A stretch of 63,750 nucleotides of DNA, filler included, from Perkinsus chesapeaki ATCC PRA-425 (lineage: Eukaryota > Protista > Perkinsozoa), in NCBI GenBank assembly GCA_013115145.1. It is 14 parts of 14 records of this genome, joined end to end, with 100 filler letters (N's around TTAATTAATTAA, not from the genome) between each part and the next. Parts side by side here need not be neighbours in the genome. Positions count along the whole stretch, not along the records: positions 32,119 to 49,141 come from JAAPAO010000692.1; positions 49,242 to 50,705 come from JAAPAO010001944.1; positions 50,806 to 52,021 come from JAAPAO010002096.1; positions 52,122 to 57,034 come from JAAPAO010001212.1; positions 57,135 to 58,238 come from JAAPAO010002202.1; positions 58,339 to 59,501 come from JAAPAO010002136.1; 8 more parts are not named here. One strand, 5' to 3'. Below the pieces are notes generated by a model. It did not search any database, was not told the origin of the DNA, and saw only the letters and a program-made list of their open reading frames with translations. This document shows positions 47,701 to 59,501 of the stretch, piece by piece. Within the stretch, counting starts at the first letter, position 1, and each line of letters starts with the position of its first letter. Made by a program: the position numbers and the translations under genes.

Positions 47701-48983
47701 GAGTCAACCATGGTCCAAGACATGTGCCTGCCAAGCCACGTATCAGGGAGAAGCATGTTTTTGAGGGCTTTGGGAATGAGGCGTTGCCCAGCTGCTCTGT
47801 TAGCTATCCGCAAGCAATCAGCACGCATGATCAGTGCTTGACCAGAGCGGTTTGAGTTTTCACGTTTTGTAGACTTTTCCTCGCACTCGAATGAATCGGT
47901 AGCCGCTCCCGAATCGCTGTAGCTGTATTGAATGACGATCTACATTGACGGCCGCTCAGTAACCTTCATGGAGGAGGCATTCTTGTGTCCGATCGCGATA
48001 GTCAGTAGACGATCTCGTCGCAGCCGAGGGTTGTTACTCGAATACACAGACTGCAAGGGGACCCCTTGCGGTCTGACGGGGTGACTTGCAGAACCCCGTG
48101 AAGGGATTAATCGACTGCGCCTGTCGTTTTATCGTGACAGAAGGCGAATTTAGGAGCCTGTTAGGACTTCTTCGTCGCCCAGCTCTGTGGACCAAATCGT
48201 GAGCATGTTGATGATCCTGCTGTGGATAGATCTGTAGTGAATGATAGCATGCACTCATTCCCGGTCGAATAGCCTCTGCTCTAGTAACGCTAGAGTGTTT
48301 CGCCCGGGAACGGTTGCTGTTGTGACAGCTGTCCCCGTTGCTTTTTTGTATGTACGAATGGTACCCTCAAAGGTTTAGTTATGCCTTGTTTTCATTATTT
48401 TGCCTTCTGTGCCCCTCCTACTGCCCATGGTCTAAGAATTGGATGACGCGGGTGCCGACAGGTTCCCCTTTACTCTGGAATAATACAATAGTCCGGTAGT
48501 AAGCGCGTTTCTCGGTGTTGGATTGGGATAGGGCTGCGATCCTGGGAGTATCCTTCCATGAAAGGCTCACATCGTGTTGCGCGCCCATCCTGTGGTGAGC
48601 CTCGTGGGCTGACTTGATTTGCTTATGCCGATCATATATCATATTATTTACTTATAATACAGATATATTATAATATACTAATATTATATTAGTATATTGT
48701 GATTTAATAAGTTGCAGTATTAGGGATAAATAAATAATGTATGATTAATAGTGATATAGATATATATAATTGATTGATTAAAATGTATGCTCCTGAACTT
48801 ACTACGTATGTAGCCTCTATTCATCAGTCACTTCTTCAAGCAAAGCACCATGACCATTTCGTACGACCTATGGAGGATGGTGTGGTGAGTTCGATCGATA
48901 GTTGGCGTATTACTCACCTAATACTGGCCTTCTTGAATGTACGCAACCTGTTTATTAAACTCATAAGTTTTGTTCAATCTATA

Positions 48984-49141
48984 CTCAGTGTAGGTTTCCA
49001 TCAGCGCTCAGTGTAGGTTTCTATCAGCGCTCAGTGTAGGTTTCCATCAGCGCTCAGTGTAGGTTTCCATCAGCGCTCAGTGTAGGTTTCCATCAGCGCT
49101 CAGTGTAGGTTTCCATCAGCGCTCAGTGTAGGTTTCCATCA
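48984..49141. repeat. 23-bp minisatellite, about 7 copies, truncated by the contig end
   Basis: Unit CTCAGTGTAGGTTTCCATCAGCG repeats head to tail, with one C>T variant. Confidence 0.95.
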
Positions 49142-49241
49142 NNNNNNNNNNNNNNNNNNNNNNNNNNNNNNNNNNNNNNNNNNNNTTAATTAATTAANNN
49201 NNNNNNNNNNNNNNNNNNNNNNNNNNNNNNNNNNNNNNNNN

Positions 49242-50654
49242 TGCAGTACAATTCACCGCAGCCTTAATTTCTTTTATTACATTCTCCACGCGACCTTGTG
49301 ACTCTGGGCGACGAGCAATACCAAGAGAGCGATCAATTCCCAAGACCGATAGGAATCTTAGTAGGCTTTCAGATGTATGTGAAGGAGGGCTATCCAGTTG
49401 CAGTCGTAACGGAAGGCCAAAAATAGCTATCCACTGAAGTAAAGCAGATATAACTGAAAGAGTTGAAGTAGACTTAGCAGGACATCCCATACATATCTGA
49501 GTAGCACTATCCACCAAAATAACCAAGTAAGTACAATCATTAGGCTCGGGACTATCAGTACTGTCCGTTAAAGGGCCCAAGAAATCCAATTGTACTTCTT
49601 GAAATCGCACAGCACCACGGCGATACAAATAAGGTTGGACAGGATTACGGCCTCCGACTTTAGCAAGCTGACATGTTTTACATGAACGTATCCATTTTTT
49701 AAGGATAATCGGCATACGCATAAAATACCAACCATCAGACAAGGCAGCCGAGACACATCTAGCCGCTGAACGATGACATCCAAGCAAAGGCGAATAATGA
49801 AAGCGATACAAAATCCAATGCTGTGATCGCGGAGTACATGCATAAGTAAACCAAAGAGGGCTGAGCTTGATATCACGGAAGAGTAGCAATTTTTTCTCGG
49901 AGTCCCACGAGAAAAAAGCACGATCTCCATCACACAAGGCCTGAGCTTCAGAATAACTCTCATCACGAGAACTTTCAGGATACAAGCCTAAAGCTTCCAG
50001 TATTGATAGTAAACTAACGCCACGCAACAAAGTCACAGACGCACAAAACTCTTGATCCTGCAGAGCCTCTTGAATATTAGTAATGACATCTTCACGAGTC
50101 ATATTACCTAAGGCAGTGAGGTCAACAAAGGGATTTTGCGAGTGAGTTACAGCTAACACCGGTGATGGGGCTGAAGAACCAAAGGAGTCCTCGCCTCTTG
50201 GTAACAATGATATAGACCAGACCGGATGTAAACAACGGTGGCTCGACCATGTCTTGTAGTTAGAGGTTGGGAACTCATAGGCATCTGAAGATAGCACCAA
50301 AGTAGTAGCTATCCTACGAGGGCGAGACGATCGTACCAGAGGTTGCTGAGATTCAACAAACTGAGGGAAAGATGGAAATGTAGATGCCTGTCGGGACAGC
50401 CCATCAGCCTTTTGGTTCCTAGAGCCCTCGATATACCGGATTTCCGGTTGCACGCCATATTTTTCACGAATATGGGAGAACAGCGAACTGAATAAGTCCA
50501 CTAGTCGCTCAACGACTATGCGATCGTAGCTCTTAGTACCGACAGTTAATTGGGTCGCCCAATGCACTGCACTTGAGTTATCGCTGTAGAGAACGACTTG
50601 CTTTATCTGAGGAACATGAGGACTAAAACAAGAAAGCCAATGCTCAACAGACAA
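49242..50654 (-). mobile_element. LTR retrotransposon pol fragment (RNase H C-terminus plus DDE integrase)
   Basis: LYSDNSSAVHW and NQKADGLSR. Integrase FHYSPLLGCH...CKTCQ, VQLDFLGP, LVILVDSAT, LQLDS and PESQGRVENVIKEIK. Confidence 0.9.
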
Positions 50655-50805
50655 GCAAGCTTTATATAGAGTAATTGCCTCTTTCCGATTAATGTGCCAA
50701 CGTTTNNNNNNNNNNNNNNNNNNNNNNNNNNNNNNNNNNNNNNNNNNNNTTAATTAATTAANNNNNNNNNNNNNNNNNNNNNNNNNNNNNNNNNNNNNNN
50801 NNNNN

Positions 50806-51563
50806 TCAATGCTGAGCTGAAGAAGTCCTTACTCTCAAGCCGACATCGTCGAACGTTAGCCTCTTTTGGAGCCTTTCTTAAGTGCACAGCGAGATGGATG
50901 GAAATATCGCAATACGGCCACAACGACCTGGTTAGAGGTGAACCTAAGAAAGATGACCGAGTGAGAGCTAAGGAATACTTTTCTAGAGACCTATTCTCAG
51001 TGGTGCCACGATCATGGACTTCTTGCACAAACGAGGACACGGAGAGCATCAACCACCAATGGATATATTTATGCAGATACTCTGACAAGCTGGACGATGA
51101 CGTTGGAAGCCTTCGCGAAATGGTCTTCTCATCTTCTGGTTCAACGGCTAAACGATTTTGTTCTGGTCAGTACACAAGCCTCGACGATGCTCAGAATCTA
51201 AGGAACAAGTACTGTTTGGTAACATACCGCTCGACAGCCGACTGGCGAGTACCTCCGCAACAAGGCCCATGGTGTACTTGCAACATATGGAATTCCCGAC
51301 AGATATGTCCCCACACCGTATGCACAGCAGTCACCATGGGTCTTGACAACTCGGAAGAGGCCATAAGACAATGGAGTACTATTGGAGTAGCATTCGGTAA
51401 ACCATGGCAGAGAAGAACAGTAAGGGGCAAGATCACCAGTCAGAGCATGCCGAGCACAGTCAAGTACGGTCTCCAGAAAAGGAAGGAAGCTCGCGGAGAG
51501 AGTTCGGCGCCAAAGAGGAAGAAGTCTGTCATCGAAGAAAAAAAACTAAACGAAGATGAATGA
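50806..51563 (+). mobile_element. SWIM zinc-finger region, probable MULE/Mutator transposase C-terminus
   Basis: WCTCNIWNSRQICPHTVC is the CxC-xn-CxH SWIM signature, followed by a basic tail (KRKKS). The N-terminal part is cut by the contig start. Confidence 0.65.
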
Positions 51564-52244
51564 CGAATATACATCTCATATTGAGATTCTCGACTATTTG
51601 CAAAGAACCAACTAATACTACAATAAATTAGTTTACTGTAAGGAACTGAATCTTGGGTTTGATCTCACAGAATACAGACACAAAAACGAAAGCTAATGCT
51701 TACGACGCTAGCCCAATTGAAGCACTAATGCGAGAAGAATCTTTTGGACCGCGCGCCATGAAATATCGCGTGCGCCCAAAAATGTTCACTGCGCAGATCT
51801 TGCCACGGTATGTACCCAGCACTGAAATGTAGTACTATAGCAAGCATTAAAACCTGAGAGCCACTGAGGAACATGAGAAGGATAAGCGGGCCGAAGGCCC
51901 GCTGAAAATCTTTACTATATCTCCCATTTCAAGAATTTAGCCTTTTAGCCTTGTTAAGATGTTCCGTTCATTCTCTTGACGCAACTCGTTGATGGATGCA
52001 GGCATAATGAATGAGTGAGTANNNNNNNNNNNNNNNNNNNNNNNNNNNNNNNNNNNNNNNNNNNNTTAATTAATTAANNNNNNNNNNNNNNNNNNNNNNN
52101 NNNNNNNNNNNNNNNNNNNNNGCGCTACGCGCACCCTAAGATTCATATTGTATATCGCTCGCCCACCGTTTTGTGATAATCCCTGCATGATGATGAGAAT
52201 TAGTAAGAGTTATCATTGGCTCAGTCCTCCCTATTGAGTTAGTA

Positions 52245-55200
52245 ATGTCTAATACCCGTGAACATGGTGGAGAACCCGCTGGTAACGAGCCTCAGTACGC
52301 CCCTCTATTGCAACTACTTGGTCTCCGTGCTGACGACGACCTAAACTACGTGACCGATGATGATGTGAGGGCTGCGCTTCCTATTGGTTCTACTTTGCAA
52401 CAAAGGGTTGATTATGTTCGAATGTTGCATGATAAGCAGGCTGCTATGAAAGCTCAGCGGGCTAGGTCATCTACCACTACCACGTTGGGGTCGGTAGCGA
52501 GCTCTGTGTTGGCCAGCGCTGTGCTTAGTTCTGAGGAAACAGATGGGAAGGCACTTGCTGGAGTGCTCAACTTGTCCCCGCCTGACAATAAGAAATGGGC
52601 TGGATCTGCAGATAGGCGCCCTGCCAAAGCCTTCTTGTATAGGGTCGCCGAGAGCGCCAGGATGGCAAGTCTCTGCCCGGCGAATACATGGCGCTATCTC
52701 CTAAATGTTTGCCTATCCCAAGCTCATGGTCGAGATCTCCTAGACCACTTACGTTCCCACAATGGTATCGTCATGGATGCGACCGACAAACTCTGCCGTG
52801 CAGAAGAGTGGTTCAACGACAGATGGGCCAATACCAACACGGTCGAGAAGACTTACGAAGATTTAGGGTTGGTACGTCCAGTCCCAGGGGAAACCGCTGA
52901 AGATTTGCATAGTCGAATCCTCACACTCAAGCAAAATGCCTCATTTCTTGGTCATGCCATTCCTGATACCACTCTCCGCAAGGCATTCCTTGCAGGTCTG
53001 CAACCTGTCATCCACGATGCACTGCTCCAAGTACATCCGTCTCCATCTACTCAACTCCAGCTTCTGGTCAACTGGTGTACTGATTACGAGCAAGTTCTTC
53101 AATCGAAGGCACCTACTTCGACAACTGCTTCGAGACCGCTGTGCCGCCAACATCTGGCTGGGAACTGCCGCTATGGTGACACTTGCAGGTTCAAACATGT
53201 ACAAGCAGCACCTGCAACCCCATTCACTTCTCCGTCAATCTCGCCTGCATCTACAACTGCGCAATTGCCAGCATCGGCTTCACAATCCTCCTCTGCGCTC
53301 GACTCGAGGCGACTTGAAGATCCCACATTGATACGGCTTTGTCGAGAGCAGGGAGTCTGCATGGCTTTTACTGCGCGCGGTGCTTGTAAACAGGACGCAC
53401 AATGTCCATACAAGCACTGCTCTTTGGTGAGGAATATAACTCACTCTCCGACATCCCGAGACGTCAAAGTTCTCAACAGCGACCTCCTTTGCGGCTATCG
53501 GGTCGAGCTCGACACTGGTGCGACCCACTCTCTCATCACTGATGCGCTGGCTGACCACCTGCTAGCTTCCGTGCCGGGTACTAGCGAGCATGTTTGTTCT
53601 GCCCAATTTGACACAGCTTGTTCGCCAGGTTCGATATCTTCGAGCCGTAAGTTATCTACCACGCTTGACATTTCCAACGGTGTAGATACTTTCCCCTTTA
53701 CATGGTCACCGGCTATTGTCCCCGACTCGCAGCTCTTACACAGCGATGGTCTTCTAGGCATGGACTGCATGGAGTTTGATAATGACGGCTTGTGGCTTCG
53801 CCTCCATGATGTAAAACTTCAAGCAGCACAATTCTTGACGACACCATCTACTCCGAAGGAAAGTCCCAGTCTCTCTCCGGACAAAGTTCCAATCGCCACC
53901 ATCGCAGCCCCTGCCAATGCTTGCAGGAGAGTTCTTGCGCCTACCCACAAGGCTGCCTTATCCGATCTTGTGGACGCCCTTCGACTTAAGTCACCTACAT
54001 TCCCTCAACCACGCTCAGGTTGGGCTGTCGACAGTATCGTCTACGAGAACGAGTGGGTTCGCCTCTGTCTGTTCAAGGATACCAATGGCCATCTGGAGTT
54101 CTGCGTGGACTACTCAGACCAGCTCATAGGTATCGCGTTGCGGCAGCCCCCACCCCCGGTCCAGAAGACTCACTATAAGCTTGCTACGGCCTCGAAAGCT
54201 GCACGCCAAGAGGGACGACTTCGTCTTGATAAACTCATTGAAGTTGGCAAGTTGCTTCCTACCACGCCCGGTGTCGAGAACACCTATGCTTCGAATTGGT
54301 ACCCTGTGACTGGTAGGAAGAAGGTTCGACCTGTCATACCACAGCTGCGGACGAACGCCATTCTTCAAGAAGCCTCCAAGAAATTTCCCATCAAGGATTG
54401 CCAGCAAAAGATATCAAGGTTGATCAACAAGTTTCGTACGTACCCCCACTATGCTATTTTAGATGTTGCCGATGCTTATCGGTCTATACAACTTGGTCCC
54501 AACGCTCAGAAGCTCGCACAAGTCTACATCGATGGTAAGCACTTTACCTACTCGTATATGTGTGATGGGACGTGTACCAATCCCCCGCTGCTTGAGCACG
54601 TTGTAAAGTTCATTCTTCAACGTATACAAGAAGACCCGCTCCATAATGATACTCTCATATCGTATATGGACGACATTATAAAGCTCAGTGGCGAGCCTCT
54701 TCTCCGTGGTGGTACTGACTACATCATTTCTGTCTTCGCCCAATATAATATGCACCTTATACCTTCAGCTAACGTTGATGATCCTGTGCTAGGATATGTG
54801 GTTAGTGATAACGGTACCAGACTGCTTTACCCTTGCAGCAAGTACAACCAGAGCATCGACGCTCAGATTGAGGATAGCATTTCTTATGGGACTGCCTTGA
54901 GTGTGCTGGGACATGTTACTCAAGCCTGGGATCTTCTACCCTGGCATGTGCTTTGTTGNNNNNNNNNNNNNNNNNNNNNNNNNNNNNNNNNNNNNNNNNN
55001 NNNNNNNNNNNNNNNNNNNNNNNNNNNNNNNNNNNNNNNNNNNNNNNNNNNNNNNTGTAAGAACAGTTTGGTTGCTTTGGTTTCCAGGCTACGTGCTATC
55101 AACAAGGACAAGTGGAAGGCCTCAATCAATGATACGACGGTAGTTACCCTATTGAGACGGTGGCAAAATCTACTGAGAACATCACCTCTCGAGCCCCTGC

Positions 55201-57008
55201 AGCGATGTGTAAATGCTGAAGATGAACTGCATATCTGGTTTGATTCCTCCGACTTGCTTGGTGCTATGCTAGCCATTCAAAACGGGAACGTCGTTTTCCG
55301 TCGTCAGTGGCGTTGGTCTCGGAGTGAGCGCTCGCTGCACATTAATATTAAAGAGATGACTACTGCGTTCAATGCCCTCTCAGCCGTAGTTGCCTTCGAG
55401 CTCGACAGCGGTGTGCAGTTCAAGCGTTTGTGTCTTTATGGTGATAACAAGACCGCTAACTTGGCTCTGTCGTCGGGAAAGGTTTCTTCAAGCGGAAAGC
55501 AGTCGGTACTTCTCCAGAGAGTTGTTGACTTGGTCCACTGCCTCATGGGCACCCGCCAATTCACAGCGAGATACTGTCCCACTGCAGATAACATTGCTGA
55601 CGCAGGCACCAGATGTGATCTTTACGCCGATATCGTCCATCACCGTGACCTTCTTGATGGTGTTGAGCTACAGCCGAGCATTTCTTCTACCCCTTCCGAA
55701 TGTGTTCATGTAGCCCGAGTTATCCGCAAGAGACCGCATTCTACATCTTTAGGCGATGAGCCTCTCTCATCTTCTTCCAAAAGGCCGCGTGCCCAGCTGG
55801 AGGAACCCATCGAGGTACCACTGAAGCCGATGACTACGAGCTCTACGTTCTATGACATCGTTCAACTTCCTCCTCATTTGATGACTCCCTATCGCGGGTT
55901 CCCGCGGACTGCCGACGGCAAGAGGCTAGTTGAGGATGCCAACTTTATCTTACAGTGTGCACATTACTGTCACTCCTTGCGGCACGCTGGTGCCCCCGAG
56001 GTGGCTGCTACACTATCGAGCTACTTGGAAGCTCCGGATTTTGATTTGACGGAGGTCGGTAAAACGGCTTCAAGAAGTTGCCCTACTTGCATTTTGGTTA
56101 AGACATCTCCTGGTGACAACCTCCCTAAAAACCTTGTTGATAACTCAGATGCGCTGCTTAAGGTACCAACCGTACCCTTTCAGGTTACGAGTCTAGACGT
56201 CCTTGGCCCCTACCACACGGATCCAGCAACACGGTCTCCAAGGTTCTACTGCGTCACTCTGGTCTGCAACTTGACAAACCTTATTTTGTGCTACCCGACT
56301 ATCTCTGCTCCAACGGCGGCTGACATTCAGAGGGCCTGTAATCTACCCCATCGTACATATAGCTACGCTATCCAGAAGATCAGAACTGATAATGCGGCAA
56401 TTATTCGGTCCGCCAGTTCAGGTATGCCAAACGTGGAGTTTGATTTCGTGCCGGTTAGTGCTTCTTGGTTGAATGGTCACGTCGAGGCCCGACACCGTTT
56501 GTTGAACCAGCGACTCCGCAGGATCTTACTGGGCTATGTCTTTTCTGATGAGAAGGTGTGGTTTGATGCAGTCTCCAAGTCCGCTTTTGAAGTAAACACG
56601 AGCGCCAACATGGAGGCTGAAGGTTTATGCCCCTTGGATATGCTGACTGAGAAAAAGTCCTCTCCTTTCGATGCTTCAGAAGTTGTGGGGCTACCAGCTA
56701 ATAAATGGGAAGTTTGGGCGAAATACAAAGCTGACTGTAAACGTCGTATTGCTGCGGTCATGCAGCGCAAGGTTGCGCATGGAAGTTCTCTTCAAGTTGG
56801 CGACACTGTACTCATCCATGCTCCACCACACTCTCCAAAATCAACTACGCCTTGGCTACCTACAAAAAGGATAATTACTGAGGTTGATGGAAATCGCATC
56901 TTACTTGATGATGGAATATGGAGATCAAGTGACAAGCTGAAGAAGGTTTATGATGAACTGCTACCTCGTTACTCGTTTGGTGAGTCACCAGTGGTGACCA
57001 TTGAATAG
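52245..57008 (+). mobile_element. Near-complete LTR-type retrotransposon gag-pol polyprotein (Gag-CCCH x2, PR, RT, RNase H, DDE integrase, GPY/F-like tail)
   Basis: Gag VRPVPGETAEDL. CCCH fingers. PR ELDTGATHSLI. RT DVADAYRSI and YMDDII. RH WFDSSD, HINIKEM, YGDN and NIADAGTR. IN HYCHSLRHAG...CPTC, SLDVLGP, IRTDNA and NGHVEARHR. An N gap at 54959-55055 interrupts the frame. Confidence 0.92.
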
Positions 57009-57256
57009 TTATTACATCATTCTACTCTTTTTATNNNNNNNNNNNNNNNNNNNNNNNNNNNNNNNNNNNNNNNNNNNNTTAATTAATTAANNNNNNNNNN
57101 NNNNNNNNNNNNNNNNNNNNNNNNNNNNNNNNNNTAGGGCCAGATAGGATCGCAAATTTTACGCCAGCTAAGAAGGTATTATTACACGTAGCTCCTTTGA
57201 CTTTCTATTCGATTGCTCAGATACAGTTGTTCTATGTCTTCGTTGAGTTCTTTCGT

Positions 57257-58141
57257 TCAGTTATCTTCGCGATTTTTATATACACCCTCAGGATAGTACC
57301 CTACCCACCTCGGTGGTTGTTTGCCCCCGTCTCTATCCCTTATACTCTGTAGAACTTCCATTGACTCACTCGAAAAACGAGGCACGCCTCGCTCGTGTCT
57401 TGGTGCCGCTCGTATCTCGCTCAGTAATTTCAGATATCCTGCGTCGGCTCCGCGGTGAAACCTCTTAAGATAGTACACATCGGGTTGCATTCGTTGCCAC
57501 ACTATGGCATTCCAGAATTCCTTTGTAGGATATATAGATGCAGGGAATTCGAACGAGTTCGTGGTTAGTGATACCCTACCCGTCTGACAAGGATCTCCGA
57601 CTAAGATGACGGCGGCACCACCGAACGGCTCGTCGTCACAAGATGATACCGAGCTAGCTCGAGCAGTGCTCCTGAGTTCCCTGACCGCGCCTGCCATAGC
57701 ATCGAGAATTGTATCATGTAAGGCCCCAACTTCATCAATCAATAATACCAACTTCGGGGAGCGTATCTCTCCAGACTTGTGCTTCTTTAGGTACTCGCTC
57801 ATCTTTGCCTCCGTCGCATTGACTGACCGCAGGTAGCTGTTATCGCCCACGATCCCGCTCCGAGCGAACGTGAGGCCAAAGTAAGCCATAACCGTCTGCG
57901 CGTTTATGCCTAGACTACGAGCTGCAAGACCATACCATGATAGAGTGATAACAGTGTGGTCTCTCTGTAGATCCGCAACTATCGCTCGAGTCAGGTGCGA
58001 TTTCCCTGTACCAGGAAATCCCGTGATGTAGTGGAATCGTTTCTCAGGCGGGCCCTCACGAATACTGTTAATAATATTGTCGTAAACACGACCCTGGTCG
58101 TCGTCAAGAGGGCCGCAGAAGTTGTCCATACGAGGTAACAT
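57257..58141 (-). mobile_element. Pif1-family helicase fragment, probably Helitron RepHel
   Basis: Walker A ITGFPGTGKS, Walker B LLIDEVG and motif III FGGAAVILVGDPCQ. The preceding DQGRVYDNIINSI resembles Helitron helicases. Later helicase motifs are not seen in this ORF. Confidence 0.75.
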
Positions 58142-58165
58142 AACAATTGAACTGAGGATAGGAAT

Positions 58166-58238
58166 TGTAACTATTACTGCTAGTGGTGGTTCTATGACCA
58201 GTGTAACTATTACTGCTAGTGGTGGTTCTATGACCAGT
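58166..58238. repeat. 36-bp tandem repeat, 2 copies visible before the contig end
   Basis: TGTAACTATTACTGCTAGTGGTGGTTCTATGACCAG at 58166 and 58202. Confidence 0.9.
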
Positions 58239-58338
58239 NNNNNNNNNNNNNNNNNNNNNNNNNNNNNNNNNNNNNNNNNNNNTTAATTAATTAANNNNNN
58301 NNNNNNNNNNNNNNNNNNNNNNNNNNNNNNNNNNNNNN

Positions 58339-58478
58339 TCGTCTTCGAGCCTATCCAACCTCTGGTTGTCGATTCCTTCAAGAATTGCGAAGGTCTTTCT
58401 CGTGTGGCTCTTATGGAAGGTAACGGTGTTGTAATGCTTGGTAAGTGTGTCTCCACTGTTGCCAAGGACGTGAAGTAA
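58339..58478 (+). CDS. EFL: Elongation factor-like GTPase (EFL), C-terminal fragment
   Basis: VFEPIQPLVVDSFKNCEGLSRVALMEGNGVVMLGKCVSTVAKDVK stop matches the EFL C-terminus rather than canonical EF-1alpha. It is not in the ORF track. Confidence 0.88.
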
Positions 58479-59428
58479 TTATTATTTCTTATCATTTTGA
58501 ATCTAGTTGAGCAATTGATCCCTAGAAGGGGATTAGTAGTTGTGTAGGAAGCTCTATTGAGACGTAATGTGAATCTATATCAAGTGGTTGTTGCGTTTTA
58601 CAGTTAGTGGTGGTTTTGATTGTTTATCGCGTAAGAAAGATAATACACGCTTTGTCTGAAATTGCAAGGTTGTTTGATGGTCACTGTGTTAAGAGCTTTA
58701 TTGACGCGTTAATTTCCATGTGTTGCAACGAGTGGATTATTATCACGTTTGTGGTTGTTTTCAAGCACCACGAGGTTATTACGAGTTTTACATGGTATTA
58801 TTTACGAGAATGCTTGTAATCATTATTGTATTATGTAAATCAAAGTTACATAAACCCTTATCTGGGTCTAGTCTATGCCCCAGGAGACACATGTCGTTGC
58901 CGGCAAGGGGCTGGGCATATGTCCCAGTGGTCCATGCTGCGCTCAATGTTCGATAGACATTCGGGATTTCGTCACGGTACTGCTGTAATCTTCAAATTTC
59001 TAAGCATTGTCGACGAAGACAACACGTGTATTAAATGATACCCTAACCGAGTAGTTCAGGCTCCCCAATACCCCACCGTGACGCTGCGTGGCCTCACTCC
59101 ACATGCCTCAGGGCGCGAGCGACGGTGTGCGCATGCGTGTTGCACGCATGTCATCGGGCGCGGAGTTTCAGAACTTGCCGTTCATCGACCTTTATTCAGC
59201 CTGGCTTGATAATTGTGTGTAAGAGTGATGCAAGCTATGCGAGGCTAGTGGTTCAGCCCATCTCCGCGTTATCGTGTTTCGATTTTGCAGACACCGCTAG
59301 ACTGTTACTGGCTGCGTTGTTATAATTTTTTCAAACTTTGGAGATCTCTTTGTGTAGTATATTAGGCGATCAGCCAACCTCGGTTACCTCTCTTCAGTTC
59401 CTCCAAGTTTTCCAGTTTTCCTCCCACT

Positions 59429-59501
59429 ATGTCCGCTGGTAAGGAAGGCAAGACTCATATGTCCATCGTGATCTGTGGTCACGTTGACTCGGGCAAGTCT
59501 A
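59429..59501 (+). CDS. EFL: Elongation factor-like GTPase (EFL), N-terminal fragment of a second tandem copy
   Basis: MSAGKEGKTHMSIVICGHVDSGKS. SIVICGHVD is the EFL form of the G1 region. Pyrimidine-rich acceptors (CTCTCTTCAG, TTTTCCAG) lie just upstream. Confidence 0.88.

Noticed and set aside
48984-49141. 23-bp repeats as a CRISPR array
   Set aside because: Units are contiguous with no unique spacers.
54959-55055. Continuous 1587-aa length of the gag-pol ORF
   Set aside because: The frame passes through an N gap of estimated size, so true length and continuity are unverified, although both sides fit the same polyprotein.
50806-59501. Apparent cluster of SWIM, gag-pol, Pif1 and EFL as one system
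   Set aside because: Each lies on a separate contig joined by linkers, so adjacency is artificial.
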